This document shows, piece by piece, positions 7,478-16,155 of a stretch of DNA of 64,000 bases (positions within the stretch are counted from its first letter, which is position 1; every line of letters starts with the position of its first letter). The position numbers and the translations under genes were made by a program. The stretch is from positions 12,270 to 76,269 of the forward strand of contig CAJJNQ010000002.1 in NCBI GenBank assembly GCA_905193155.1, in the 5' to 3' direction. The notes under the pieces are model-generated. The model was given only the letters and a program-made list of their open reading frames with translations, ran no database searches and was not told the DNA's origin. Origin of the DNA: an uncultured Christensenella sp. (GTDB taxonomy: Bacteria > Bacillota > Clostridia > Christensenellales > UBA1750).

Positions 7478-7953
7478 TTAAGACTGCCATTCTTTTTTCA
7501 GAATGGCATATTGCAGGGTGGTCTCATAGAGTGGATCGCCCTTTTCGTCATTTACAAAGGTGACGAACTCGCGGAAAACGCCCTCCTTGCGCATGCCGAG
7601 CTTTTCGCTCAGGCGCTGGCAGGAGAGATTGTCCTCCTCGGTGTAGAGATAGATGCGTCGCGTTCCTTTCTGCGTAAAAAGGTAGTCGAAATAGGCGCGA
7701 GCGGCTTCCAGCATGAAACCGTAACCCTGGGCGTCCGGCGCAAGCATCCAGCAAGGGGAATAGGTGTCAGGAATGGCCTGCTCCGGCCCGATACGCTCCG
7801 GTTCGGAAAAGATTTCACCGATGACCCGGCCGTTGTCTTTGCGCGTGATGGCAAAGGTCAGGTCGGGATGCGCGCTGCGTTCCAGCGCAGCGGCACGGGG
7901 GCGTCGCTCTCCGTAAAGGGGCGAAGAATCAGGCGTTCGGTTTCGATTGACAT
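7478..7953 (-). pseudogene. RimJ/RimL-like GNAT N-acetyltransferase, apparently frameshifted and internally shortened
   Basis: The classical N-terminus MSIETERLILRPFTESDAP starts at the ATG at 7953 and stops after 31 codons. The GNAT core (QGYGFMLEAARAYFDYLF..RIYLYTEEDNLSCQRLSEKLGMRKEG) continues in another frame. That frame has no usable start unless it overlaps the MFS gene. Confidence 0.55.
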
Positions 7954-7973
7954 GGAAAACACCTTTTGCAAAA

Positions 7974-9140
7974 TCAGGCTTTGCCGGGCTTATTGATGAA
8001 GCGGCGCAGCAGGGGATAGCCCGCCGCGGTAACGATGCATATAATACCCACGACGGCAAAGGCAGGGGTCATGGTCAGGCGATCGATCATTGTGCCCATC
8101 AGCGAGGGTCCGGCCATGATGCCGATGGAATAGACCGACTGGAAGAAGCCCATGGCCGTGGAGCGCTGCTCGTTTGGCACTTCCGCGATGGCGTCGGACA
8201 TGATGATGGAGAAGGTGGAGGTTCCACCGCAGCCGCCGACGAATTGCAGGATTGCCATGCCCCAGATGGTGTGTAGGCGCGGCAGCACCAGGCAGTAGAT
8301 CGCCAGCAGACCAAAGCCCGTCATGCTCAATTTGACCGGCCCCAGCTTCTGCGCGGTCTTCGAGCCGACAAAATAAGAGGAGAGCATGCCGCCCAGCGTG
8401 AACAGCGCCGAGCACGCAGAAAGCTCCACGGCAGTCGCGCCAATGTTTTTGATCACCGTGTTGGAGAAGGAGTTGGCCGTGGCGAACACGATGAACTGGA
8501 ACAGCGTCGAGAGCAGCGAGAACACGATCAGCCGCTTCTGCTTGATGACGCTGAGCAGTTTGCCCACGGGCAGCGCGGGATTGCGCGGCGGCTCATCCTT
8601 GATCATCAGCGCCGCAACTGCGCCGAGAATGCCGGAGGCGAGGCTCAGCCAGAACATCATCACCATGCCGTATTTTTCATAGAGCAGCCCGCCCAGGATA
8701 TATGCGGTCAGGATGCCGGCATTGTTGAAGGCGTTGATCGAGCCGATGGAGCGGGAAAGCTCGTGCGGCTCGTAGTACATCGAGTTGAGAATCGTGAACG
8801 AAATCCACGTCGAGGAAGCCATGCCGGAGATGGCGTTGGCCCCCAGCAGCGCCCAGGGATTCTGCGTCAGTACGCGCAGCAGAGAAGCGGCAGCGCAAAG
8901 CAAAAGTCCGGAGACGATGAAGAAGCGGTGCTTCTGCGCATGATCGGCCATTACGCCCAGCGGCAGGCGGCAGATCAGCTGCGTGGAGCCGTACATGCCG
9001 ACGATCACGCCTGCAAAGGAGGCCGTGATGTTCAATCCCAGCAGATAGGGCGTCATGTACGGATTGTAGACATATTGAGCGAACCAGAAAAAGAAAGTGG
9101 CAAGGTAGATCAGGAATCTTTTTTTCTTGAGTTCTGTCAT
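7974..9140 (-). CDS. MFS transporter
   Basis: Twelve-TM-like hydrophobic pattern. I chose the start at MTELKKKRFLIYLATFFFW (ATG at 9140). Confidence 0.8.
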   Translation of the reverse strand: MTELKKKRFLIYLATFFFWFAQYVYNPYMTPYLLGLNITASFAGVIVGMYGSTQLICRLPLGVMADHAQKHRFFIVSGLLLCAAASLLRVLTQNPWALLGANAISGMASSTWISFTILNSMYYEPHELSRSIGSINAFNNAGILTAYILGGLLYEKYGMVMMFWLSLASGILGAVAALMIKDEPPRNPALPVGKLLSVIKQKRLIVFSLLSTLFQFIVFATANSFSNTVIKNIGATAVELSACSALFTLGGMLSSYFVGSKTAQKLGPVKLSMTGFGLLAIYCLVLPRLHTIWGMAILQFVGGCGGTSTFSIIMSDAIAEVPNEQRSTAMGFFQSVYSIGIMAGPSLMGTMIDRLTMTPAFAVVGIICIVTAAGYPLLRRFINKPGKA

Positions 9141-9206
9141 GGCCGTTTGTTTGCACCTCTTAAAAATCAAGCCGGCCATATCTCCAGCCGGCTTTTTTGC
9201 GCAATT

Positions 9207-9241
9207 AAAAAAGGGAAGGGGCATATTGCAGTCCCCTCCCC
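9207..9241 (-). terminator. Rho-independent terminator after the RraA-like gene
   Basis: Minus-strand hairpin ggggagggg..ccccttccc followed by a T6 run, 16 nt after the stop at 9257. Confidence 0.6.
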
Positions 9242-9256
9242 TTTTGTTTTTAGCAA

Positions 9257-10162
9257 TTACAGACGAACGTCGGAAGCATTGGCATCCTTTTCGTACTTCT
9301 CGGCCTCGGCAAGCTCCTCGTCCCAGGTGAGGTGACGGTACTCTTCGGCCTTGTCATCGGTATTGAACCAGTTGATGAAATCCTGCCACATATCGTAGGT
9401 CCAGCGGGCGTCGACCTGAGCGGTGGTGTACACCTTGTCGTGCAGACGCTGGAAGCCGAAGATATCGCGGACATGGGACTTCTCCGCGCCGATGACAACC
9501 TCTTCCGCCAGATGGGAGGGGATGAAGATGACGCCGGAGATGGTGCCCAGAACGACGTCGCCGGGCAGGCAGGTCGCCTTGCCGATGCGGCAGGGAACGT
9601 TGAAGCCGGTCATGGTCACGTCGCCGATACCGGTGGGATCGATGCCACGGTAGTAGACATTGATGCCGTCGATCTTAACGATCTGTTCCATGTCACGGAT
9701 GCCGCCCCAGATGACAGCGCCGCCGCGCTTGGTGCGGGTCTTGATGGCGGTGGACAGGTTGCCGCCGACATAGGTGCCCTGGAAGATCTTATCGAACATA
9801 TCCACGACAACGACGTCGTCCTCGACCAGAGAGTCGATGACCCACTGGTTGAAGTAACCCTTGCGGCCCTCTTCCTCGTGGCCGTACTTGAGCAGATAGT
9901 CGTTCAGGTCGGGACGCATGGGAACGTACACGCCGGTCACAGCGCGGCCAACCAGGGTGGCGCCGGGGTGAGTCGTGCGGAACTCGCCCTCGAACTGATA
10001 CTTATAACCCTTCTGCCAGAGGGGACCCCAAGCCTCCTCCAGGGTGATCTTGCGCAGACGACGCAGCACGTCGGAGGAAACCTTGGGACGGCCGTCTTCC
10101 ATACGCTCGCCCTTCCAAAGAGGCGTGATCTGGATGATGTCTTCTTTGCAGTTGAACTTCAT
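9257..10162 (-). CDS. RraA-family protein (RraA / 4-hydroxy-4-methyl-2-oxoglutarate aldolase fold) with N- and C-terminal extensions
   Basis: 301 aa. The core has GRAVTGVY..VVVVDM..GGNLSTAIKTRTKRGGAVIWGGIRD..GDVVLGTISGVIFIP, typical of the RraA/DlpA family. Confidence 0.75.
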   Translation of the reverse strand: MKFNCKEDIIQITPLWKGERMEDGRPKVSSDVLRRLRKITLEEAWGPLWQKGYKYQFEGEFRTTHPGATLVGRAVTGVYVPMRPDLNDYLLKYGHEEEGRKGYFNQWVIDSLVEDDVVVVDMFDKIFQGTYVGGNLSTAIKTRTKRGGAVIWGGIRDMEQIVKIDGINVYYRGIDPTGIGDVTMTGFNVPCRIGKATCLPGDVVLGTISGVIFIPSHLAEEVVIGAEKSHVRDIFGFQRLHDKVYTTAQVDARWTYDMWQDFINWFNTDDKAEEYRHLTWDEELAEAEKYEKDANASDVRL

Positions 10163-10409
10163 TTGAGTGTTCTCCCTTCAGCGCTTTTTCAAAATGCAGG
10201 CTGTCTATTTTCCCGCATATGCGTTGCTCTCATCATAACACCTCCATTTGATTTTTACAATTACTTTTGTAAAAATTCAATGGATAAAAGTTCTTTGTAT
10301 CGTCTTTTGAAAAATTGTCCCGTATTGTGGAAAAGAAGGGGGGCGTGGTTGCAATTCGGAGATGAAAGAGCTATCATAAAAGTAAAAAAGTAATTCAAAG
10401 GAGAGCACG

Positions 10410-11117
10410 ATGGAAAAGCTCTACAAAATTGAAACGCATATGCACACTTCACAGGGGAGCGCCTGTGCAGTCTCCACCGGAGAAGAGATGGCGCGTGCCC
10501 ACAAGGCGGCGGGATACGATGCGATCATCATCACCGATCACTTCTTCGGGGGAAACACCACTGTGCCGCGCGATTTGCCGTGGGAGCGGAGAATCGATCT
10601 TTACTGCGCAGGCTATGACGAGGCCCGGCGCGTGGGAGAGGAGATCGGGCTGAAGGTGTTCTTTGGTTTGGAATGGGCTTGGCAGGGCACGGAATACCTG
10701 ACCTACGGCATTGGCCGGGAGTGGCTCAAGGCGCACCCGGAGATGGAGGAATGGGATATTCCGACGTATTTGACGAACGTGCGGTCGGCGGGCGCTTATG
10801 TCAGCCACGCGCATCCGTTCCGTCAGGCGAGCTATCTCCACGGAGAGCCGCGCATTTTCCCGGAATTTGAGGATGCGGTGGAGATTTACAACAGCGGCAA
10901 CGCCGACAACGCCTGGAACCTTCAGGCACTGGAATATGCGCGGAAATACGGCCTTGCAATGACCTCCGGCTCGGACGATCACGATGCAAAGGCGCTGCGC
11001 GGCGGCGGGATGGCGTTCGCCACGCCGTTTGATACCATGGAGGACTTCATCCGCGCGGTGCGCACGCGCCAGCCCTTTGAGGTGCTGACCGGCGAAAAAG
11101 AAGCGTTTCCTCATTGA
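10410..11117 (+). CDS. PHP-domain (polymerase/histidinol-phosphatase family) metal-dependent phosphoesterase
   Basis: ETHMHTSQGSACA at the N-terminus, later HAHPFR and SGSDDHD metal-ligand motifs. RBS AAAGGAGAG. Confidence 0.75.
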   Translation: MEKLYKIETHMHTSQGSACAVSTGEEMARAHKAAGYDAIIITDHFFGGNTTVPRDLPWERRIDLYCAGYDEARRVGEEIGLKVFFGLEWAWQGTEYLTYGIGREWLKAHPEMEEWDIPTYLTNVRSAGAYVSHAHPFRQASYLHGEPRIFPEFEDAVEIYNSGNADNAWNLQALEYARKYGLAMTSGSDDHDAKALRGGGMAFATPFDTMEDFIRAVRTRQPFEVLTGEKEAFPH

Positions 11118-11163
11118 TTTTGCGAAGAGAAACTCCTAAAAATCATAAGGAGGATGAAAGATC

Positions 11164-12378
11164 ATGAACGAAAAACTCCAGAAGCTCTATGACCTGGCGG
11201 TTGACGAGTTGACCAACAACATCCTGCCCTGGTGGATCGAGCACGATGTGGACGAGGAACACGGCGGATTCTACGGCGCAGTGACCAACGACAACGCGCC
11301 CGTGCCGCACGCGACCCGCTTCATCACCCTCAACGCGCGTCTGGTCTGGACCTTCTCGGCGGCTTATCGCGTGATGGGCAATCCCGAATACAAGAAGATG
11401 GCGGATCGCGCCTACAACTACTTCATCAAGTATTTCTGGGATGACGAATACAACGCCGCCAACAACCGTGTGGACGAGTTCGGCGACCCGGTGAGCAAGC
11501 AGCGCTATATCTACGGCGAAGCGTTTGCCATCTACGGCCTGTCTGAATATGCTCGGGCCATGGGCTGCAACGAAGCGCTGGAATATGCCCGGAAGCTCGT
11601 CGCGTCCCTCGAAAAGCACGTCTACGACCCGGTTTACAAGGGATATTTCGAGTCCTGCAAGCCGGACTGGACGCACGATCCCTGGACGCGCGGCGTCAAC
11701 CGCCTGCCCACGGACGAAAAGACCATGAACAACCATCTGCATCTGATCGAAGCGTACACCTGCCTGCTGCGTACCGATAAGAGCGATTTCATGCAGAACA
11801 AGGTCCGCGAGCATCTTTATGTGATGCTCAACAAGATCGTCGATCATGACATTCATCACTACTTTTACTTCCAGGCCCGCGACTGGAAGCCCACTACGCA
11901 GGAAATCTCCTTCGGCCACGATATTGAGGGCACCTGGCTGATGATGGAGACCGCCGAGGTGCTGGGCGAGCCCGAAGCGATGCGCTATACGAAGGACACC
12001 TGCATGAACATGGCGCGCGCTTGCTATGAGCAGGGATTCCGCAAGGAGGATGGCGCGATGCTCTCTGAGTACGATCCGGTTACCGGTCATTCGTCTCCCT
12101 TCCTTTCCTGGTGGGAGCAGAACGAAGCCGTCGTCGGTTTCCTCAATGCATGGGAAGTTACCGGCGAGGAGAAGTATCTCGACGCGTCGCTCAAGTGCTT
12201 TGAGTTTGCTCGCGAGCACTTTGTCGATCATGAAAACGGCGGATGGTTCGCACGTTTGTCGCTGGATGGCAAGACGGTGCTTTCTACCGATAAGGTCAAC
12301 GACTACACCTGCCCTTACCACAACAGCCGCATGTGCATGGAGATCATCGAGCGCTACCGCAAGCTGAGCAAAGCATAA
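11164..12378 (+). CDS. AGE-family epimerase/isomerase (N-acylglucosamine 2-epimerase / cellobiose 2-epimerase fold)
   Basis: 404 aa with the alpha/alpha-barrel pattern: ILPWW..D.EHGGFY, NNHLHLIEAYT, FGHDIEGTWL, CPYHNSR. Confidence 0.8.
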   Translation: MNEKLQKLYDLAVDELTNNILPWWIEHDVDEEHGGFYGAVTNDNAPVPHATRFITLNARLVWTFSAAYRVMGNPEYKKMADRAYNYFIKYFWDDEYNAANNRVDEFGDPVSKQRYIYGEAFAIYGLSEYARAMGCNEALEYARKLVASLEKHVYDPVYKGYFESCKPDWTHDPWTRGVNRLPTDEKTMNNHLHLIEAYTCLLRTDKSDFMQNKVREHLYVMLNKIVDHDIHHYFYFQARDWKPTTQEISFGHDIEGTWLMMETAEVLGEPEAMRYTKDTCMNMARACYEQGFRKEDGAMLSEYDPVTGHSSPFLSWWEQNEAVVGFLNAWEVTGEEKYLDASLKCFEFAREHFVDHENGGWFARLSLDGKTVLSTDKVNDYTCPYHNSRMCMEIIERYRKLSKA

Positions 12379-12425
12379 GGGATCGGAGGAAAAGACTCCC
12401 ATTCAACTTTGTGTTTTAGAGAGTG

Positions 12426-12470
12426 ATTGCCGTATAAACAAAAAACCTTGTTTATACGGCAATTTTGTAT
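12426..12470 (+). terminator. Rho-independent terminator after the AGE epimerase gene
   Basis: Perfect 16-bp stem attgccgtataaacaa / ttgtttatacggcaat with a 6-nt loop, then a T-rich tail. Confidence 0.85.
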
Positions 12471-12861
12471 ATTCGTCGAGCTGGCACTTCAGCAGAGAAA
12501 AGGAGAAAGATAGAGCATGGGTCTCGAAAGTGATTCATTCTTTTGCAGGAGCAGGTTGCCGAAGCGTTTAGCGCGTTCGGGCAAGCAAGAACAGGGGGGA
12601 TCAGGTGCTTTCCATCGCTTGGAAAATTTCCGCACCAACCATCTAAAAAAATACACAAAGGGTTTTTCCGAAAAAAAGTGAAATATGCGGGGTCTTTCGA
12701 CAGAGGTGAATCGATTCCCTGCCAGCTTACGATCAAAACAGTCTGTGCGGAGCCGCTTTTTGCCGGCGGCATCCTCGAGGAATCCTGCAAGCGTCCCTGC
12801 GAACATCCATTTGAAGACGAAGAAATTCATTCCTGCTCACAAGAAGAGCGCTGCCTGCCCA

Positions 12862-12891
12862 TTGAAAGGGGTGTTGAATATATGGTATAGT
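12862..12891 (+). promoter_or_regulatory. Candidate sigma-A promoter for the small-ORF/lipoprotein unit
   Basis: TTGAAA-18 nt-TATAGT, about 50 nt upstream of the ATG at 12942. Confidence 0.5.
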
Positions 12892-12941
12892 GAATATGGA
12901 AAGAATACAGATCTGACAAGCTATGGAGGGGAGGTAACGCC

Positions 12942-13046
12942 ATGTATTGCTCCTATGGCGACCTGTTTGGTTTCGCGTGTCGGCGGAAATGGTGCGGTTC
13001 CCCATTGTGGAAAGGTTGTATTAAAATCATTTCTGCTGGCGCATGA
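12942..13046 (+). CDS. Candidate 34-aa cationic, Cys- and aromatic-rich small peptide (hypothetical)
   Basis: Strong SD GGAGGGGAGG 6 nt before the ATG. Translation MYCSYGDLFGFACRRKWCGSPLWKGCIKIISAGA (4 Cys, net positive charge). It is too short to be in the ORF track, and I recognise no family. Confidence 0.3.
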   Translation: MYCSYGDLFGFACRRKWCGSPLWKGCIKIISAGA

Positions 13047-13105
13047 GCCGGATGGATATCAGTCGGCTTGTGCGCTTTTTAGTAAACTTCTCGGAGGTGT
13101 ACGCT

Positions 13106-13414
13106 ATGTCATTTGCAAAAAGAATGCGCGGTATCGCTATCCTGTTTGCCTTGGCTGGCTTTATCTGTGCTTTTTCCGCCTGTTCCGGCAATACGACGCC
13201 GCAGAAGCTGTCGGAGTTGGATGAAACCGCACTTCTTCAGCGTCTTACAGACTATGAAGTCGTGATTCCTGCGAATCTTGAAATATCGGCAATTCGTGAC
13301 GCAATTGCCGACCTCGAGGCCGATCCGGACAGACCCGCACCCGTTGTTGGCTGGATAGAGGCCGCAGATTTTTACGAAGAGCTAAGAAGCATCGTAAAAG
13401 AACAGATGAGATGA
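13106..13414 (+). CDS. Small acidic lipoprotein (hypothetical)
   Basis: MSFAKRMRGIAILFALAGFICAFSAC has a signal peptide and a lipobox (FSAC). RBS GGAGGTG 6 nt upstream of the ATG at 13106. The mature part is Asp/Glu-rich. Confidence 0.65.
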   Translation: MSFAKRMRGIAILFALAGFICAFSACSGNTTPQKLSELDETALLQRLTDYEVVIPANLEISAIRDAIADLEADPDRPAPVVGWIEAADFYEELRSIVKEQMR

Positions 13415-13437
13415 CGCTCGTGGGGAAAACGAAAAAT

Positions 13438-13476
13438 AAAAACGGCTGTATCCCTCTGGGATTGCAGCCGTTTTTG
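13438..13476. terminator. Bidirectional terminator between the lipoprotein and VOC genes
   Basis: aaaacggctg(t)a..t(g)cagccgttttt hairpin flanked by A and T runs. Confidence 0.7.
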
Positions 13477-13486
13477 CCTATAAAAA

Positions 13487-13885
13487 TTACTTCTTGAACA
13501 TTCCGCGGTCGTCCTTCCACTTGGCAAAGTGGACGATGTTTCCATCGGGATCGAGGAAGAAATAGGTGCAGTAGCCGTCATCGCGGTAGTTCGGGCCGGA
13601 AATGACCTTCACGCCCAGCGCGGCGGTTTCCTTGACGGCTTCGTCAAAGTCCTCGGGCACCAGCGCGATGTGCTTCCAGCCGATAGCAGGCTCTTTCGCG
13701 TCAATATCATGATCCTTCATCGGGACCATGATCTCCAGCAGGATCTTGTCGGGCGATTCCACGAAGTAATTGCCCGCGTTGCCCACGGAGTGAAGGGTGA
13801 AGCCGAAGTTGTTGATGTACCAGTCCGCCAGGACTTTAGGATCTCTGGCGCAGATGCCGATGTGGTCGATGCCGAGCATTTTCAT
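13487..13885 (-). CDS. VOC (glyoxalase/bleomycin-resistance/dioxygenase) family protein
   Basis: 132 aa. IDHIGICARD at the N-terminus, WKHIALVPEDFD and YFFLDPDGNIVHF are typical of the paired beta-alpha-beta-beta-beta fold. The start overlaps the rnr stop (ATGA). Confidence 0.8.
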   Translation of the reverse strand: MKMLGIDHIGICARDPKVLADWYINNFGFTLHSVGNAGNYFVESPDKILLEIMVPMKDHDIDAKEPAIGWKHIALVPEDFDEAVKETAALGVKVISGPNYRDDGYCTYFFLDPDGNIVHFAKWKDDRGMFKK

Positions 13886-16026
13886 TTGCGTTTACCCCCT
13901 GAAAAATGTTTTTCCTCAGTATACCCCGCGGGGCGGTCCTCGTCAACTGCGAAATCAACGCGGCGCGTGGAAACGTCGGCTGAAGTCACGACGATTTTGA
14001 TCGGGTCGCCCAGGCGGTATTGCTTGTGGGTGCGCTCACCCAGCAGCAGATAGCTGTTTTCAACAAAGGTATAGTGATCGTCGTCCATGGTAGAGACGTG
14101 GATCAGACCTTCGACCGTGTTGGGCAGTTCGACGAACAGGCCGAAGCCTGTCACCGAGGAAATTACGCCCGCGCTCTTTTCACCGATGTGTCCCTGCATG
14201 AACTGCGCCTTCTTCAGGTCGTCCACGTCGCGCTCGGCCTCCATCGCCTGACGCTCCTTTTCGGAGCAGTGCACGGCACATTCCTGTGTGCGGGAAGCCA
14301 GCCTTGCCAGATCGCCGCCTTCAAAGAAGGTGTGCAGCGCGCGATGCACCGTAAGGTCGGGATAGCGGCGGATGGGGGAGGTGAAGTGGCAGTAGTCCGG
14401 CGCGGCCAGGCCGAAGTGCCCCAGCGGCTGGGGAGCATAGCGCGCCTTTTGCAGCGAACGCAGCATCAGGCGGGAGATGATGTCCTGCTCCGGCGTGCCG
14501 CGGGAAGCATCCAGCACCGCCTGCAAGGCCTTGGGGGAGACTTTATCACCCTTGAGTCCCTTGATGGGGTAGCCGAGGTTCGTCAAGAACGTTGCAAACG
14601 TGTGCAGCTTTTCGGGATCGGGATCCTCGTGCACGCGGTAGAGAATGGGCAGCTTTTTCTCTTTGGCAAAGCGCGCCACGCACTCATTGGCTTTGAGCAT
14701 GAATTCCTCGATCAGTTCGTTGGCGGGGCCGTGTTCTTCGCGCTCGATGGAGGTCGGTATGCCGCGCTCGTCCAGCGTGATGACCGCCTCGTCAATATCC
14801 AGATCCAGCGCGCCGCGCTCAAAACGCGCCGCACGCATCTTCTTCGCCACATCGTTCATGCTGCGCAGCGTCTGCGCCAGTTCCGGCGTAAAGCCGGCTT
14901 CGTCACCCTCGGTCAGCAGGCGCGATACATCATCGTAGACCAGCCGCGCGTGGGAATGAATCACCGACGGGAACACCTTGTAGGACAGCACCTGTACATC
15001 GTCGTTCAGCTCCATCATGCAGCTCATCGTCAGACGATCCACGTCCGGGTTCAGCGAACAGAGCCCGTTGGACAGCGCTTCGGGCAGCATCGGCAGCACA
15101 CGGTCGAGCAGATAGACCGATGTGCCGCGCTTATAGGCCTCGCGGTCCAGCGCGGAGCCGGGCGTGACATAATGGCTCACATCTGCGATGTGAACGCCGA
15201 GCGTCCAGCCGGACTCGGTCTTTTCCAGCGAAACCGCATCGTCGAAGTCCTTGGCGGTTGCACCATCGATGGTGAAGGTGAGGGTTCCGCGCAGATCGAC
15301 GCGGCCGGGAATATCCTTGGGATCGACTTCCTGCGGCAGCGCGGCGGCTGCGGCCAGCACGTTCTGCGGGAATTCCTCGTCCAGCTTGTGCTGACGGATC
15401 AGGGACTTGACGTCGGTGCCGATGTCGTCCTTGTTGCCCAGCACTTCGATCACGCGGCCGCGCGGGCCTCTGCCTCCCTTACCCCACTGCGTCACGCGCA
15501 CGACGACCTTATCGTCGTTCTTCGCGCCGCTGCGGTCGTCACGGGAAACATAAACGTCGGAGGCGATGCGGCGCTCGTCCGGCACCACATAGGCCGCCGG
15601 ACCGTCGGTTTCAAACGTGCCCACGATCACATCATTGGCGTGGGTCAGCACGCGGACGACTTCGCCCTCACGGCGTTCGGCATTGACGATGCGCACAAAA
15701 AGCGTATCGCCGTGCAGCGCGCCGTTCATCGCGTCCGCGGGAATGAATACATCCTGTACATCCTCTTTTTCGGGAATCAAAAAGCCAAAGCCGCGCGCAT
15801 TTCCCTGAAGCCGTCCGCGCAGCAGTCCCAGCGTTTCGGGCAGAGCGTAGCGCTCCTTGCGGGTCTTAAACAGGCGGCCTTCTTCCGCCATGGCTTCCAG
15901 CAGCTGATAGGCCTCGGCCGGGCGGACATGGGTCAGTTCCGCCATTTGCTCCGAAGTGCGCGGGCCGCGTTCGGCCAGCAGCGCTTCCGCCTGATCCTTC
16001 CATTCCATAATTTTCTGTGCATCCAT
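13882..16026 (-). CDS. rnr: Ribonuclease R
   Basis: 714 aa with cold-shock/OB N-terminal domains, an RNB catalytic core (TIDGATAKDFDDAVS, SPIRRYPDLTVHR) and a C-terminal S1 domain (GVISSVTGFGLFVEL). Confidence 0.95.
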   Translation of the reverse strand: MDAQKIMEWKDQAEALLAERGPRTSEQMAELTHVRPAEAYQLLEAMAEEGRLFKTRKERYALPETLGLLRGRLQGNARGFGFLIPEKEDVQDVFIPADAMNGALHGDTLFVRIVNAERREGEVVRVLTHANDVIVGTFETDGPAAYVVPDERRIASDVYVSRDDRSGAKNDDKVVVRVTQWGKGGRGPRGRVIEVLGNKDDIGTDVKSLIRQHKLDEEFPQNVLAAAAALPQEVDPKDIPGRVDLRGTLTFTIDGATAKDFDDAVSLEKTESGWTLGVHIADVSHYVTPGSALDREAYKRGTSVYLLDRVLPMLPEALSNGLCSLNPDVDRLTMSCMMELNDDVQVLSYKVFPSVIHSHARLVYDDVSRLLTEGDEAGFTPELAQTLRSMNDVAKKMRAARFERGALDLDIDEAVITLDERGIPTSIEREEHGPANELIEEFMLKANECVARFAKEKKLPILYRVHEDPDPEKLHTFATFLTNLGYPIKGLKGDKVSPKALQAVLDASRGTPEQDIISRLMLRSLQKARYAPQPLGHFGLAAPDYCHFTSPIRRYPDLTVHRALHTFFEGGDLARLASRTQECAVHCSEKERQAMEAERDVDDLKKAQFMQGHIGEKSAGVISSVTGFGLFVELPNTVEGLIHVSTMDDDHYTFVENSYLLLGERTHKQYRLGDPIKIVVTSADVSTRRVDFAVDEDRPAGYTEEKHFSGGKRK

Positions 16027-16097
16027 CTTTTCTGTCTACTCTCCCGTTTATTCTGCCCTAAGTATAGCACAGCTGCGGGCGGAAAAACCATTTTTCC

Positions 16098-16137
16098 AAA
16101 AAGAAAACAGAGCGGAGGAGAAAATCCACCGCTCTGT
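16098..16137 (-). terminator. Rho-independent terminator after secG
   Basis: Minus-strand hairpin acagagcgg..ccgctctgt followed by a T-rich run. Confidence 0.65.
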
Positions 16138-16155
16138 AATGCGTCTTGGTCGTTT

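Noticed and set aside
7974-8059. The upstream extension of the GNAT ORF (to 8059) that would make it a 193-aa protein.
   Set aside because: The extension overlaps the 3' end of the MFS gene and translates to non-GNAT sequence. The genuine N-terminal motif is in another frame starting at 7953.
12452-13224. Four mutually overlapping ORFs of 112-179 aa in the AT-rich island, and a 55-codon basic ORF (12517-12684) preceded by AAAGGAGAAAG.
   Set aside because: The translations are not protein-like (irregular, Cys/Arg/Phe-rich) and have no recognisable motif. They overlap each other and the better-supported small ORF and lipoprotein. The 55-codon ORF has an SD but nothing else to support it, so I left the region as unassigned sequence.
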